Assembly (NCBI GenBank): GCA_030267125.1
Contig: JAJDJJ010000001.1
Coordinates: 6,249-70,248 of the forward strand
Length of the DNA: 64,000 nt
Source of the DNA: Bacteroidales bacterium OttesenSCG-928-B11
GTDB lineage: Bacteria > Bacteroidota > Bacteroidia > Bacteroidales > WCHB1-69
Reading direction: 5' to 3'
The notes under the pieces were generated by a model. It worked only from the letters and a program-made list of their open reading frames with translations, was not told where the DNA came from and did no database searches. Shown piece by piece: positions 41,880 to 50,870 of the stretch (positions are counted from its first letter, which is position 1; each line of letters begins with the position of its first letter). The translations under genes were made by a program, and so were the position numbers.

Positions 41880-44329
41880 ACCAATTCACCATTATTCAGT
41901 AGCAGTTCAACATGATCGCCTTTTTTGATTTCACCGGAGATGATCTTTTTGGAAAGCGGTCGGCGCAGTTGATTCCGGATAATTCCTAAAATGGGTCGCG
42001 CGCCTAACTCCGGAGAAAATTCAGAAAGTGCCAGATGTTCGCGCACATCCGCCGGTATAGTCAACTTGATTTTCATCTCATCCATCGTTTTTTGAAGATT
42101 TTTAAGATGAATATCGAAAATCATCAGTACAATCTCTTTCGTAATGGGAGAGAATGGGATGATTTCAGTGAGACGGCCCAAGAACTCCGGCTTAAATTTC
42201 CGCTCTATCATAATTTGTTTCAACTCATTAGAAGATGGAACAACTCCTGCTTCAAAAGATTTGAAGACATAATCGCTACCCACATTGGAGGTGAAGACAA
42301 TCAAGGCATTGGAGAAATCTCCCACGCGATTCAATTTATCGTGAATACGTCCTTCATCCATCAATTGCAAGAAGATATTGAATACGTCGGGGTGTGCTTT
42401 CTCAATTTCATCAAACAGAACGATAGAGTATGGTTTCTGGCGGATCTTGTTCACTAAAAGTCCACCCTCCTCATATCCGACATATCCTGCGGGAGCGCCG
42501 GTCATGGTTGCCACGGAGTGTGATTCCATAAACTCCGACATGTCGAAACGGATGATTGCCGATTCATCTTGGAAAAGAAACTCGGCTAACGATTTGGTTA
42601 ACTCGGTTTTACCGGTTCCGGTAGGCCCTAAGAAGAATACCGATGCTATCGGTTGTCCTTTTTTATTCAATCCCGAACGAGATTCATAAATGGCTTCTAA
42701 CACCGTTTTGATCGCATGATCCTGACCCACAACGCGTTCTTTGATAATATTCTCCGCATTGATCAATTTGTCACGCTCTTTACTCTGCACCTTCCCAATC
42801 GGAATACCGGTTTGTTGTGCAATAATCAACGATAAATCGGGAACGTCAACTTCTGATTTTTTACTGTGCGAAAGCTCGCCTAATTTCCCGATGATCTCCT
42901 CCAGATAGCTGATTTTCTCCTCGTCTGTTTTCAAAGATGAGAAATCTATCGACTCATCTAAGCAGGAAGTAAGAAGAAAACTTAAACGATGGAGCACTTC
43001 ATGGTGCAGCCAGGTGAGGTCATATTCAATATTTTCTCCTTCGTTTTTTCTCTTTTTGATGGTATCTAATTTGGATTTCAGCAAGTCGATCTCTTTTTCC
43101 GAACTATTGTTCATCGTTTGGATATGAGCCAATGTTTTATCAATCAAATCCAAAGCGGTATCGGGGAGGCTTCTTTCCGCCATAAATCGTTTGGCTAAGC
43201 GAATCGCCTCCATGGTAACCTCGTCGGAGAGTGTAATCTGGTGATGATTCTCGAAGTGGGGCTTAATGCCTTTGATAATCCGGGCGGTCATTGCGATGGT
43301 CGGTTCATCGATAGCTAATTTTTCAACTTTCCCCACAAACTCTTTGTCGGTCTCTATACTTTTAGTAAAACCTTCTACGGAACAGCTTCCTATTAATTTG
43401 ATCTGATTCTGACCTAACTCTTTTTTCAGAAGATTGGAGACCCCGCTAAGAATGGAATTTTTGTCAAAAACCTTGTCAATATTCTCTATGACAAGAATAT
43501 TCCGGCTATTTTCAGCGAGTTCGGACAGCAACTTTTTCATCCGATCTTCCACTTCTCCTTTGTAGTTAGCTTCCGAGGAGATGGCGGTGAGATCCACTTC
43601 ATAGACGGTGATATCTTCGAGGAAAACCGGAACCTCTCCTTTATTGATACGTTGCACAAAAGCATTGATCAGCGCTGTTTTTCCCACGCCCGATTCTCCT
43701 ACAAGCAATACATTCGATTTATTTTTCCTGCCGAATGTTTCGAACATAATCTGCAACTCTTTCTCAAAGCCTACAATCTCCCATTGATTCTCATCTTGCA
43801 ACTTTTCATTCTTATTGATAGTATATTTGGAGATCGCGCTGTTTTTCTTGGAGGAGCTACCACCTGAAGAGGCCGGTTTTCCGGGTTGCGGAGTGCTTAC
43901 GGTGCGATTTATCTGCGATAAAATTTCATCTGCGGTGAGCGGAAAGGTCTTCAGCTGTTCGAAAGTAAAGCCAACGCCGGGAGTAACAAGAGCTAATAAT
44001 ATGTGAATAGGAGTGATCTCGTCATCTTCTAATTTAAGGCGGAAATCATCCGCTTCCGAGAGCGTTGCCAATGCATCCGACGACAACTCCGGATCACTCA
44101 CCGACCGGGTGATTTTTGGATAGGAAAGCATCTGCATATCTGCCCAATCTCTCAGATAATAGTAGTCTTTATCTAAATCTTGTTCAATGAAAGATATTAG
44201 TCCGATATCTTTATGTAACAATGCTTTTAATATATGTGCAGGGTAAATACTATCATTCATGATTTCTTTACTATACGCTGATGCAATGTGGAGTATCGCA
44301 TCGACAGTCGAGTTGCTGTTATTACTCAT
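41867..44329 (-). CDS. clpV: ClpV/TssH AAA+ sheath-recycling ATPase
   Basis: Has a Clp N-domain. Two AAA+ modules are present (Walker A GESGVGKTA and GPTGTGKTE; Walker B LVIENID / VLFDEIEKA). No ClpP-binding loop was noticed. It is the first gene of the T6SS string. Confidence 0.88.
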   Translation of the reverse strand: MSNNSNSTVDAILHIASAYSKEIMNDSIYPAHILKALLHKDIGLISFIEQDLDKDYYYLRDWADMQMLSYPKITRSVSDPELSSDALATLSEADDFRLKLEDDEITPIHILLALVTPGVGFTFEQLKTFPLTADEILSQINRTVSTPQPGKPASSGGSSSKKNSAISKYTINKNEKLQDENQWEIVGFEKELQIMFETFGRKNKSNVLLVGESGVGKTALINAFVQRINKGEVPVFLEDITVYEVDLTAISSEANYKGEVEDRMKKLLSELAENSRNILVIENIDKVFDKNSILSGVSNLLKKELGQNQIKLIGSCSVEGFTKSIETDKEFVGKVEKLAIDEPTIAMTARIIKGIKPHFENHHQITLSDEVTMEAIRLAKRFMAERSLPDTALDLIDKTLAHIQTMNNSSEKEIDLLKSKLDTIKKRKNEGENIEYDLTWLHHEVLHRLSFLLTSCLDESIDFSSLKTDEEKISYLEEIIGKLGELSHSKKSEVDVPDLSLIIAQQTGIPIGKVQSKERDKLINAENIIKERVVGQDHAIKTVLEAIYESRSGLNKKGQPIASVFFLGPTGTGKTELTKSLAEFLFQDESAIIRFDMSEFMESHSVATMTGAPAGYVGYEEGGLLVNKIRQKPYSIVLFDEIEKAHPDVFNIFLQLMDEGRIHDKLNRVGDFSNALIVFTSNVGSDYVFKSFEAGVVPSSNELKQIMIERKFKPEFLGRLTEIIPFSPITKEIVLMIFDIHLKNLQKTMDEMKIKLTIPADVREHLALSEFSPELGARPILGIIRNQLRRPLSKKIISGEIKKGDHVELLLNNGELVWKS

Positions 44330-44388
44330 ATAATCTGTATTATGGTTATTGTAAATATGTGCTAATCCTCTGCTGTTTCTTCAACACG

Positions 44389-44396
44389 CAAAATTA
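44389..44396 (-). promoter_or_regulatory. Candidate Bacteroidota -7 promoter box (TAATTTTG) upstream of clpV
   Basis: The plus-strand caaaatta equals minus-strand TAATTTTG, matching TAnnTTTG. It lies about 60 nt upstream of the clpV ATG. No clean -33 TTTG was found. An A11 run (44396-44406) abuts it. Confidence 0.25.
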
Positions 44397-44662
44397 AAAA
44401 AAAAAATTAAGTGATTATACTCTCTTTGAAAAAAAATCATCGTTTGGAAAAGGATGAGATTACGGTATAGAGTTACAGAAATTCTCTATCCTGCGAATTG
44501 TGCCGATTGCTTTTGTTTTTAGCTGTTTTTTCGTCCGCTATTCATGATCCATTCTTCAAATTCTACAGCTCTGTTTTTGCTTACATAGATGCGTTCGGGG
44601 GATTCAATTTTCATTTTCTCCCTTTTTTATGTAAGTTTGCGCCGCAAAAAATAAGTAACGAT

Positions 44663-45724
44663 ATGAGAGTGGCGGCATTGACTTCCGGGGGTGTTGATAG
44701 TTCGGTAGCGGTACACAATTTGGTGGAACAGGGCTACAAACCGGTGATTTTTTATATTAAGATCGGCATGGAAGACGAGGAGGGGAATGTGCAATGCACT
44801 ACCGAAGACGATCTTTACATTGCCTCCTTCTTAGCCAAGAAGTATGGTTTGGAAATGGAGGTTGTCAACCTTCAGAATGAGTATTGGGAGAATGTGATCA
44901 GCTACACCATCGAGGCGGTGAGGCGCGGACTAACGCCCAATCCGGATATGATGTGCAATAAGATGATCAAGTTCGGCTGCTTTGAGGAGAAGTGGGGAAA
45001 AGAGTTCGACAAAATTTCCACCGGACACTATGCGACCACTACGGAGATTGATGGCAAAGTGTTCCTTTCCACAGCCAAAGACAAGGTGAAAGATCAGACC
45101 TATTTCCTTGGACAGATCAACTACATGCAACTCTCGAAGCTGATGTTCCCCATCGGGCATCTGCTCAAGAGTGAAGTGCGGGAGATTGCCACCGCCGCAC
45201 AGCTGCCCAGCGCCGCGAGAAAGGATAGTCAAGGGATCTGCTTCTTAGGCAAAATTCACTACAACGATTTCATAAAACGCTATCTTGGTGTTAAAAAAGG
45301 CAAAATTGTCGATTTTGAAACCGGCAAGATATTGGGCGAGCATAACGGATTTTGGTTTCACACCATCGGACAGCGAAAAGGCTTGGGGCTGAGCGGAGGA
45401 CCGTGGTTTGTGGTGAAAAAAGATATTGAAGAGAATGTCATCTACGCCTCTTGCGGCTATGACCCGCAGACACAATACGGGAAAGTGGTCAATTTAACAG
45501 GTTTTCAATACATTTCGGAGAATATATGGGGCGATTTCGACCGTCAGGAGATCACTTTCAAAATCAGACACACGCCCGATTTCACCAAAGGTATCCTTAC
45601 AAAAATCGGGGATATTTACCGTATCGAATCGGATGAGAAGATACAAGGCATCGCCTCCGGACAATTCGGCGTGGTTTACGATACCGATATGAAATTGTGC
45701 CTTGGCAGTGGAGAGATTATTTGA
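44663..45724 (+). CDS. mnmA: tRNA-specific 2-thiouridylase
   Basis: Has the PP-loop (ALTSGGVDSSVA) and catalytic-Cys contexts (PNPDMMCN; KDSQGICFLG). The ATG at 44663 is preferred; the 55 upstream codons of the longest ORF look like non-coding read-through. Confidence 0.9.
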   Translation: MRVAALTSGGVDSSVAVHNLVEQGYKPVIFYIKIGMEDEEGNVQCTTEDDLYIASFLAKKYGLEMEVVNLQNEYWENVISYTIEAVRRGLTPNPDMMCNKMIKFGCFEEKWGKEFDKISTGHYATTTEIDGKVFLSTAKDKVKDQTYFLGQINYMQLSKLMFPIGHLLKSEVREIATAAQLPSAARKDSQGICFLGKIHYNDFIKRYLGVKKGKIVDFETGKILGEHNGFWFHTIGQRKGLGLSGGPWFVVKKDIEENVIYASCGYDPQTQYGKVVNLTGFQYISENIWGDFDRQEITFKIRHTPDFTKGILTKIGDIYRIESDEKIQGIASGQFGVVYDTDMKLCLGSGEII

Positions 45725-45919
45725 GAATTGAGAGTTATGAGTTATGAATATGAGGAGATTTTATCTGGAAAATGCGGGGTTGGGGCAGACCTCTTCCTTT
45801 TTTGTTTCCGGAAATAATGTTTACGTAACAGATTTAGGAAAACTATGGCTAAATGGCAACGTATTTAACGTTAAGGGAGATTATAGAGGAATTTTTGTAA
45901 AATAAGATCAAGATTAAAA

Positions 45920-46219
45920 ATGGAAAAAGAGGATTACGATTTATTTTTTAATGAGATTATCGCAACCATCCAGTCGCATCGTATTGCAGCAGTTCAGTCT
46001 GTGCAAAACATCTCCAATCACTTGTATTGGAATATCGGGGAATTGATTTTACAAAAACAAAAAGAGTTTTCATGGGGAAAATCTGTAGTTGAACAATTAA
46101 GCAAAGATCTTGCTGCCAAATTAGGCGGGGAAGTAAGTTGGAGTTCACGAAATTTGTGGTTTATGCGGCAATTGGAGGATTTTAAAAATTTGCCTTTTAA
46201 AGGAGAAGATATAATATGA
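45920..46219 (+). pseudogene. N-terminal fragment of a DUF1016/YhcG-like (PDDEXK nuclease family) gene
   Basis: The 99 aa match the N-terminal helical region of that family (LYWNIGELI...WGKSVVEQLSKDLA......SSRNLWFMRQ). Full-length members are about 3-4 times longer and carry the nuclease domain, which is absent here. The ORF runs into the hydE start. Confidence 0.55.
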
Positions 46220-47268
46220 AAAACCTTATCAATAAGTTAGAAACCGAAAAAGCACTTTCCAAAGAGGAGTTTGTTCAGTTGATTGCTAATTTCAACGAAG
46301 AGAGCAGTGACTATCTTTTTCAAAGAGCCGCGATCGTTCGCCAAAAGGTTTATGGCAATGATGTTTACATACGAGGACTGATCGAGATTTCCAGTTATTG
46401 CAAACGAAACTGTCTCTATTGCGGCATCCGGGCAGGCAATAAAAATGCGGAACGATACCGCTTGACGAAAGAGGAGATTCTCGCCTGTTGCCAAATTGGC
46501 GATGAGCTGGGCTTTAAAACTTTTGTCCTGCAAGGCGGCGAAGACACCTATTATACCGATGAGCTATTGGTCGATATTGTCCATAGCATCAAAGAGAAAT
46601 ATCCCGAAAACGCAGTCACTTTGTCGCTTGGCGAGAAGAGTTACGAGAGCTATAAAATGTTGCGGGAAGCGGGTGCCGACCGTTATCTTCTCCGTCATGA
46701 AACGGCTAACGAATCTCATTACAGCCAGTTACATCCTGCCAGCATGTCGAGCGAGGAACGGAAGCGAAGTCTGCGGGATCTGAAACGGTTAGGCTATCAA
46801 TTCGGCACCGGTTTCATGGTGGGAACGCCTTTCCAAACGCCGGAGCTGTTAGCCGAAGACATGCTTTTCATCCACGAGATGCAACCGCAAATGGTGGGAA
46901 TCGGGCCGTTCATTCCGCATCACGAAACGCCGTTTGCCGATCAACAGGCGGGAAGCGTTCCGCTAACACTGTTCATGCTCGGACTGCTACGACTGATGTT
47001 GCCTCACGCTCTCCTGCCTTCGACCACAGCGCTGGGAACGGCCGAAACCGATGGAAGGGAACGGGGGATTTTAGCCGGTGCAAACGTGATCATGCCCAAC
47101 CTCTCGCCGTTAGATGTTCGTAAAAAATATATGATCTATGACAATAAGATAGCCACCGGATTGGAAGCCGCCGAATCTCTTGCCGGACTGAAAAAAAGCA
47201 TGGAGAAAATCGGCTACCGGATTGTGGAAACAAGGGGGGATTTTAGAGTTATGAATTATGAGTTATGA
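46216..47268 (+). CDS. hydE: [FeFe]-hydrogenase maturase HydE (radical SAM)
   Basis: Has the CxxxCxxC motif (CKRNCLYCGIRAGN). HydE/BioB-like blocks are present: RYRL..EEIL, FVLQGGED, TLSLGE, AGADRYLLRHETAN, LGYQ.GTGFMVG.PFQT and GANVIMPN. Confidence 0.78.
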   Translation: MKNLINKLETEKALSKEEFVQLIANFNEESSDYLFQRAAIVRQKVYGNDVYIRGLIEISSYCKRNCLYCGIRAGNKNAERYRLTKEEILACCQIGDELGFKTFVLQGGEDTYYTDELLVDIVHSIKEKYPENAVTLSLGEKSYESYKMLREAGADRYLLRHETANESHYSQLHPASMSSEERKRSLRDLKRLGYQFGTGFMVGTPFQTPELLAEDMLFIHEMQPQMVGIGPFIPHHETPFADQQAGSVPLTLFMLGLLRLMLPHALLPSTTALGTAETDGRERGILAGANVIMPNLSPLDVRKKYMIYDNKIATGLEAAESLAGLKKSMEKIGYRIVETRGDFRVMNYEL

Positions 47269-47417
47269 GTTGTTTCTTATCGTTAGGGATGATGGCTTGG
47301 TAGAACCTTTGCGAAATCCTTGGCGCACTTTATAACAAAAAAAGAGAAGACGAAAAAAGGTACTGAATACTTAATAATAAAAACAGCAAAGAATATTAAT
47401 CAAAAAAACAGTCAATT

Positions 47418-50048
47418 ATGAAAAGAAAAATTACCCTTTTAGCACTTTTTATTATCGGATTTTCGACAATATATTCGTGCAAGAATGACAAAGAGATTCA
47501 TTTTATCTCGGATGCGAAAATCCGTCAGGAGGTACATGAAGATTACCTCAAACGCAAGGAAATCGCCGCACCGCGCAACAACGAGTTGTTCGAACTCGGC
47601 AAACTGACTACGGAAGAACAAGAGGCATTGGAATTCTTGTATGCTTACATGCCTTTAAGCGATTTAGGCGACTATGACGGCAATTTTTTCTTAAATCAAG
47701 TCAGATACAGCTTCAAAGCGCGCGATTATTTCACTTGGGGCAAAACGATTCCCGAAGATATTTTCAGACATTTTGTTCTGGTTTACCGTGTAAACAACGA
47801 GAATTTGGATTCGGGCAGAATGGTTTTCTTTGAAGAGTTGAAAGACCGCGTCAAAGATATGAGTATGTATGACGCCGCATTGGAAGTGAACCATTGGTGT
47901 CATGAAAAAGTGACGTACCGTCCATCGGATGGCAGAACATCGGCGCCGTTGGCTACGATCCGTACCGGTTTCGGTCGTTGTGGCGAAGAATCCACATTTA
48001 CCGTTACGGCGATGCGCTCGGTAGGTATTCCTGCAAGACAATGTTACACGCCGCGCTGGGCACACACCGACAACAACCACGCTTGGGTAGAAGTTTGGGT
48101 GGACGGTCAATGGTACTACCTCGGCGCTTGCGAACCGGATGCCGAATTGAATATGGGATGGTTTGACATTCCCGCGACACGTACGATGATGGTACACTCC
48201 AACGCTTACGGAAAATACCACGGCAAAGAGGAGGTTAACTACCAAACCGATCTCTTCTCAACCGTTAACATGCTCCCTAACTACACGGAAAACAAGAAGA
48301 TAGAAATTACCGTAGTGGACGGGGAAAACAACCCTATCGCAGACGCGACTGTGAAGTTCAAACTATATAACCATGCTGAATTTTTCACAATTGCCACGCA
48401 ACACACCAATAATGAGGGAAAAGCAAGGTTGACCACCGGCTACGGCGACCTGCTCATCTGGGCGTTTAAAGATGGATATTACGCATACGACCAAATCAAA
48501 GTACGTGAACAAGATGGCTTAACGCTCACGATCGATCCCGCAAATCAAAAACACCATGACTATAGTGTTGATTACGATATGAATCCGCCCGCAGCGAAAG
48601 CCGTGACAAGTAAAGCCACGAAAGAAAAAATAGAACTGACCGACAAACGGAAACAGTACGAAGATTCTTTACGCAATGCTTATCTGGCAACATTTATGAC
48701 TGAGGAGCAAGCCCGTTCCATCAAAAATGACAATCTCACATCCGATCAGATCTGGGCCATCATCAAGAAGAGCGAAGGCAATTATGCTGAAGTGATCAAA
48801 TTGATGAACCTTTTTGCTGAAAAAAATGAGGCATTGCTTCTGAATGAGTTTTTCGCTTCGATGTCCGATAAGGATCACCGCGACGGAAATGCCGCTATCT
48901 TGCAACAACATGTCACCTTATTTGATCCCGCCAATTACCCGAAGGAGGTTTATTTAAAAGGTATTATCTCACCGCGAATCGCCAACGAAGGCATTCGTCC
49001 GTGGCGTAATTACTTAGCAGACAAAATGCCTAATGTGTTAAACAATGACATTACACCTGCCGCTGTCATGGACTGGATCGAAAACAACATCATCGTTGAC
49101 GAAGACGGTAATTATCATAACTGCCCGGTCACTCCCCGCGGTGTTTTCGAATTGCGCCGTGCCGACCAACGTTCCATCGACATTTTCTTTGTCGCAGCTT
49201 GCCGCAGTTTGAATATTCCGTCCTACAAAGATTTGGCTACAGGTCAGTTATACGCTTATGAAAACGGCGAATGGAATAAGTACCCAATTCGCGAAGAGCA
49301 AGTGAAAGGTGCGGTGGGAACACTCGTCCTCACGTATAAAGGCGATATGGAAACCGCGCCGAAATATGGCTACCAATACACAATCGCAAAAGAAGAAAAC
49401 GGAGATTTCAAGACGTTTGAATATAGATATGATGAAGAAATGTCCAGCTTTCCTGTCACGCTGGAATTAGAACCGGGATACTATTTACTCACCTTGGGCA
49501 ACCGCTATTTCGATGGTGATGTATTATCTCGTTTAGAATTTTTCAATATCGCAGCATATCAAACCGTTACGAAAGACGTCACTCCTCGTCCATTAGAACC
49601 GCGCGACATGAACTATGGCTCAATCGACATGAATTATCAGTTGGATCTGAATGGGACACAGAAGAATATCAGCGACTTAACGAATGGAAAAGCTTTAATC
49701 GTTTGCTTCATCGATCCCAGCCGCGAACCTACCACGCATCTATTAAGAGACATTGGAGAGTACAAACAGCAATTCGACAAATGGGGCGGCAATATGCTTT
49801 TTGTAATCCCTTCAGAAAAAGAGACCTCCTCATTCAATCCTCAAAAATGGAACCTGCCAAAAACAGCCACCATATTCGTTGATCAGGAATCTGCTTGGAT
49901 GAACAACATCTTTAAAAGTACCAACCAACTCGAATTTAAAGACAACTACCCGGCAGTTTATATCATCGAACCCAACGGCAAAGTGATCTTCAAATCAGAA
50001 GGATACCGGATTGGAACAGGCGAGCTGTTGTATAAGTCGTTGAAATAA
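47418..50048 (+). CDS. Transglutaminase-like cysteine-protease-fold lipoprotein with C-terminal thioredoxin-like domain
   Basis: Has a lipoprotein signal (FSTIYSC). The transglutaminase core is GFGRCGEESTF...GIPARQCYTPRWAHTDNNHAWVEVWVDGQWYYLGACEPD (Cys/His/Asp). The C-terminal ALIVCFIDPSREPT...PAVYIIEPNGKV resembles a CxxC-less thioredoxin fold. Confidence 0.7.
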   Translation: MKRKITLLALFIIGFSTIYSCKNDKEIHFISDAKIRQEVHEDYLKRKEIAAPRNNELFELGKLTTEEQEALEFLYAYMPLSDLGDYDGNFFLNQVRYSFKARDYFTWGKTIPEDIFRHFVLVYRVNNENLDSGRMVFFEELKDRVKDMSMYDAALEVNHWCHEKVTYRPSDGRTSAPLATIRTGFGRCGEESTFTVTAMRSVGIPARQCYTPRWAHTDNNHAWVEVWVDGQWYYLGACEPDAELNMGWFDIPATRTMMVHSNAYGKYHGKEEVNYQTDLFSTVNMLPNYTENKKIEITVVDGENNPIADATVKFKLYNHAEFFTIATQHTNNEGKARLTTGYGDLLIWAFKDGYYAYDQIKVREQDGLTLTIDPANQKHHDYSVDYDMNPPAAKAVTSKATKEKIELTDKRKQYEDSLRNAYLATFMTEEQARSIKNDNLTSDQIWAIIKKSEGNYAEVIKLMNLFAEKNEALLLNEFFASMSDKDHRDGNAAILQQHVTLFDPANYPKEVYLKGIISPRIANEGIRPWRNYLADKMPNVLNNDITPAAVMDWIENNIIVDEDGNYHNCPVTPRGVFELRRADQRSIDIFFVAACRSLNIPSYKDLATGQLYAYENGEWNKYPIREEQVKGAVGTLVLTYKGDMETAPKYGYQYTIAKEENGDFKTFEYRYDEEMSSFPVTLELEPGYYLLTLGNRYFDGDVLSRLEFFNIAAYQTVTKDVTPRPLEPRDMNYGSIDMNYQLDLNGTQKNISDLTNGKALIVCFIDPSREPTTHLLRDIGEYKQQFDKWGGNMLFVIPSEKETSSFNPQKWNLPKTATIFVDQESAWMNNIFKSTNQLEFKDNYPAVYIIEPNGKVIFKSEGYRIGTGELLYKSLK

Positions 50049-50122
50049 CGAAACCCAACGGCAATTTATTAACTACAAATAACTTGAACCGACTATATTT
50101 TTCGTAAACTATTTTTTGTTTT

Positions 50123-50401
50123 ATGTACAAAGTCAGACAAAATTTAAAGAAAGTTATAGCGATAGCAATCTGTCTCGCAAGTCATGCTATAATATTTGCA
50201 CAGGATGTTATTATATTAAAAAATGGAGATGATATCCAGGCCTTGGTTCAAGAAATTGAAAATGAAAATGTTAAATACAAGACGTTTGATAATCCGAACG
50301 GACCTATTTACACATTGAAAAAGATAAGCAATACGCCGATTTCTTATCAAATAAACTTTGGTTTTACACAAACAGGTATTGGATTATGTATGCGATTTTA
50401 G
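50123..50401 (+). CDS. Small secreted hypothetical protein (possibly truncated)
   Basis: A signal peptide (AIAICLASHAIIFAQ) is followed by DVIILKNGDDIQALVQEIENENVKYKTFDNPNGPIYTLKK, an N-terminal module recurrent in Bacteroidota. The remainder looks like run-on sequence. Confidence 0.35.
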   Translation: MYKVRQNLKKVIAIAICLASHAIIFAQDVIILKNGDDIQALVQEIENENVKYKTFDNPNGPIYTLKKISNTPISYQINFGFTQTGIGLCMRF

Positions 50402-50527
50402 CAATATTGCGACACATAAATTCCTATTTTTCGAAAAAACGGAGAAATAAATTCTCCGTTTTTTCATTTTGTGTTTTTGCGAAAAAAAAGCATGTTTTTT
50501 ACCCAATCCTTTTTACTTACGTGTTGA

Positions 50528-50743
50528 TTTCCATCAATTTTTTACTTTTTCAACAGTTTACCTCAGCCAATATTATTATATACTTTATTTGCGGTTTGCA
50601 CATTTGATGCTTTTAGCCAAATCGCAGGGCATTTATTGGGAAAAACCAAAATATTTACGCAATTAAGTCCCAATAAAACATACGAAGGACTATTTGGAGG
50701 CTTGACAATGGCTGTTAGCACCTGTTTTTTGTCGGAAAAATAG
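50528..50743 (+). pseudogene. Internal fragment of a phosphatidate cytidylyltransferase (CdsA-family) gene
   Basis: Frame-2 translation gives ...FAVCTFDAFSQIAGHLLGKTKIFTQLSPNKTYEGLFGGLTMAVSTCFLSEK-stop. This matches the CdsA block D..Ay..G...GK.kl....SPkKT.EG..GG. There is no start codon, and the C-terminal PGHGG..DR.DS part is missing. Confidence 0.5.
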
Positions 50744-50870
50744 TTAACCAGTCTGTAACCATTCCCCCAACAAGTAATAGTGCGTGAAAACGAGTCTGAA
50801 CTTTAATGCGAATAGACCTGAAATATTTTTATTTTTGCCGCTTATTTTAAAGGATTCGCAAAAAATCAAA

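Noticed and set aside
44498-44662. 55-codon N-terminal extension of the mnmA ORF
   Set aside because: The extension is hydrophobic, low-complexity read-through of the promoter region. The conserved MnmA N-terminus (MRVAALTSGGVDSS) begins at the ATG at 44663.
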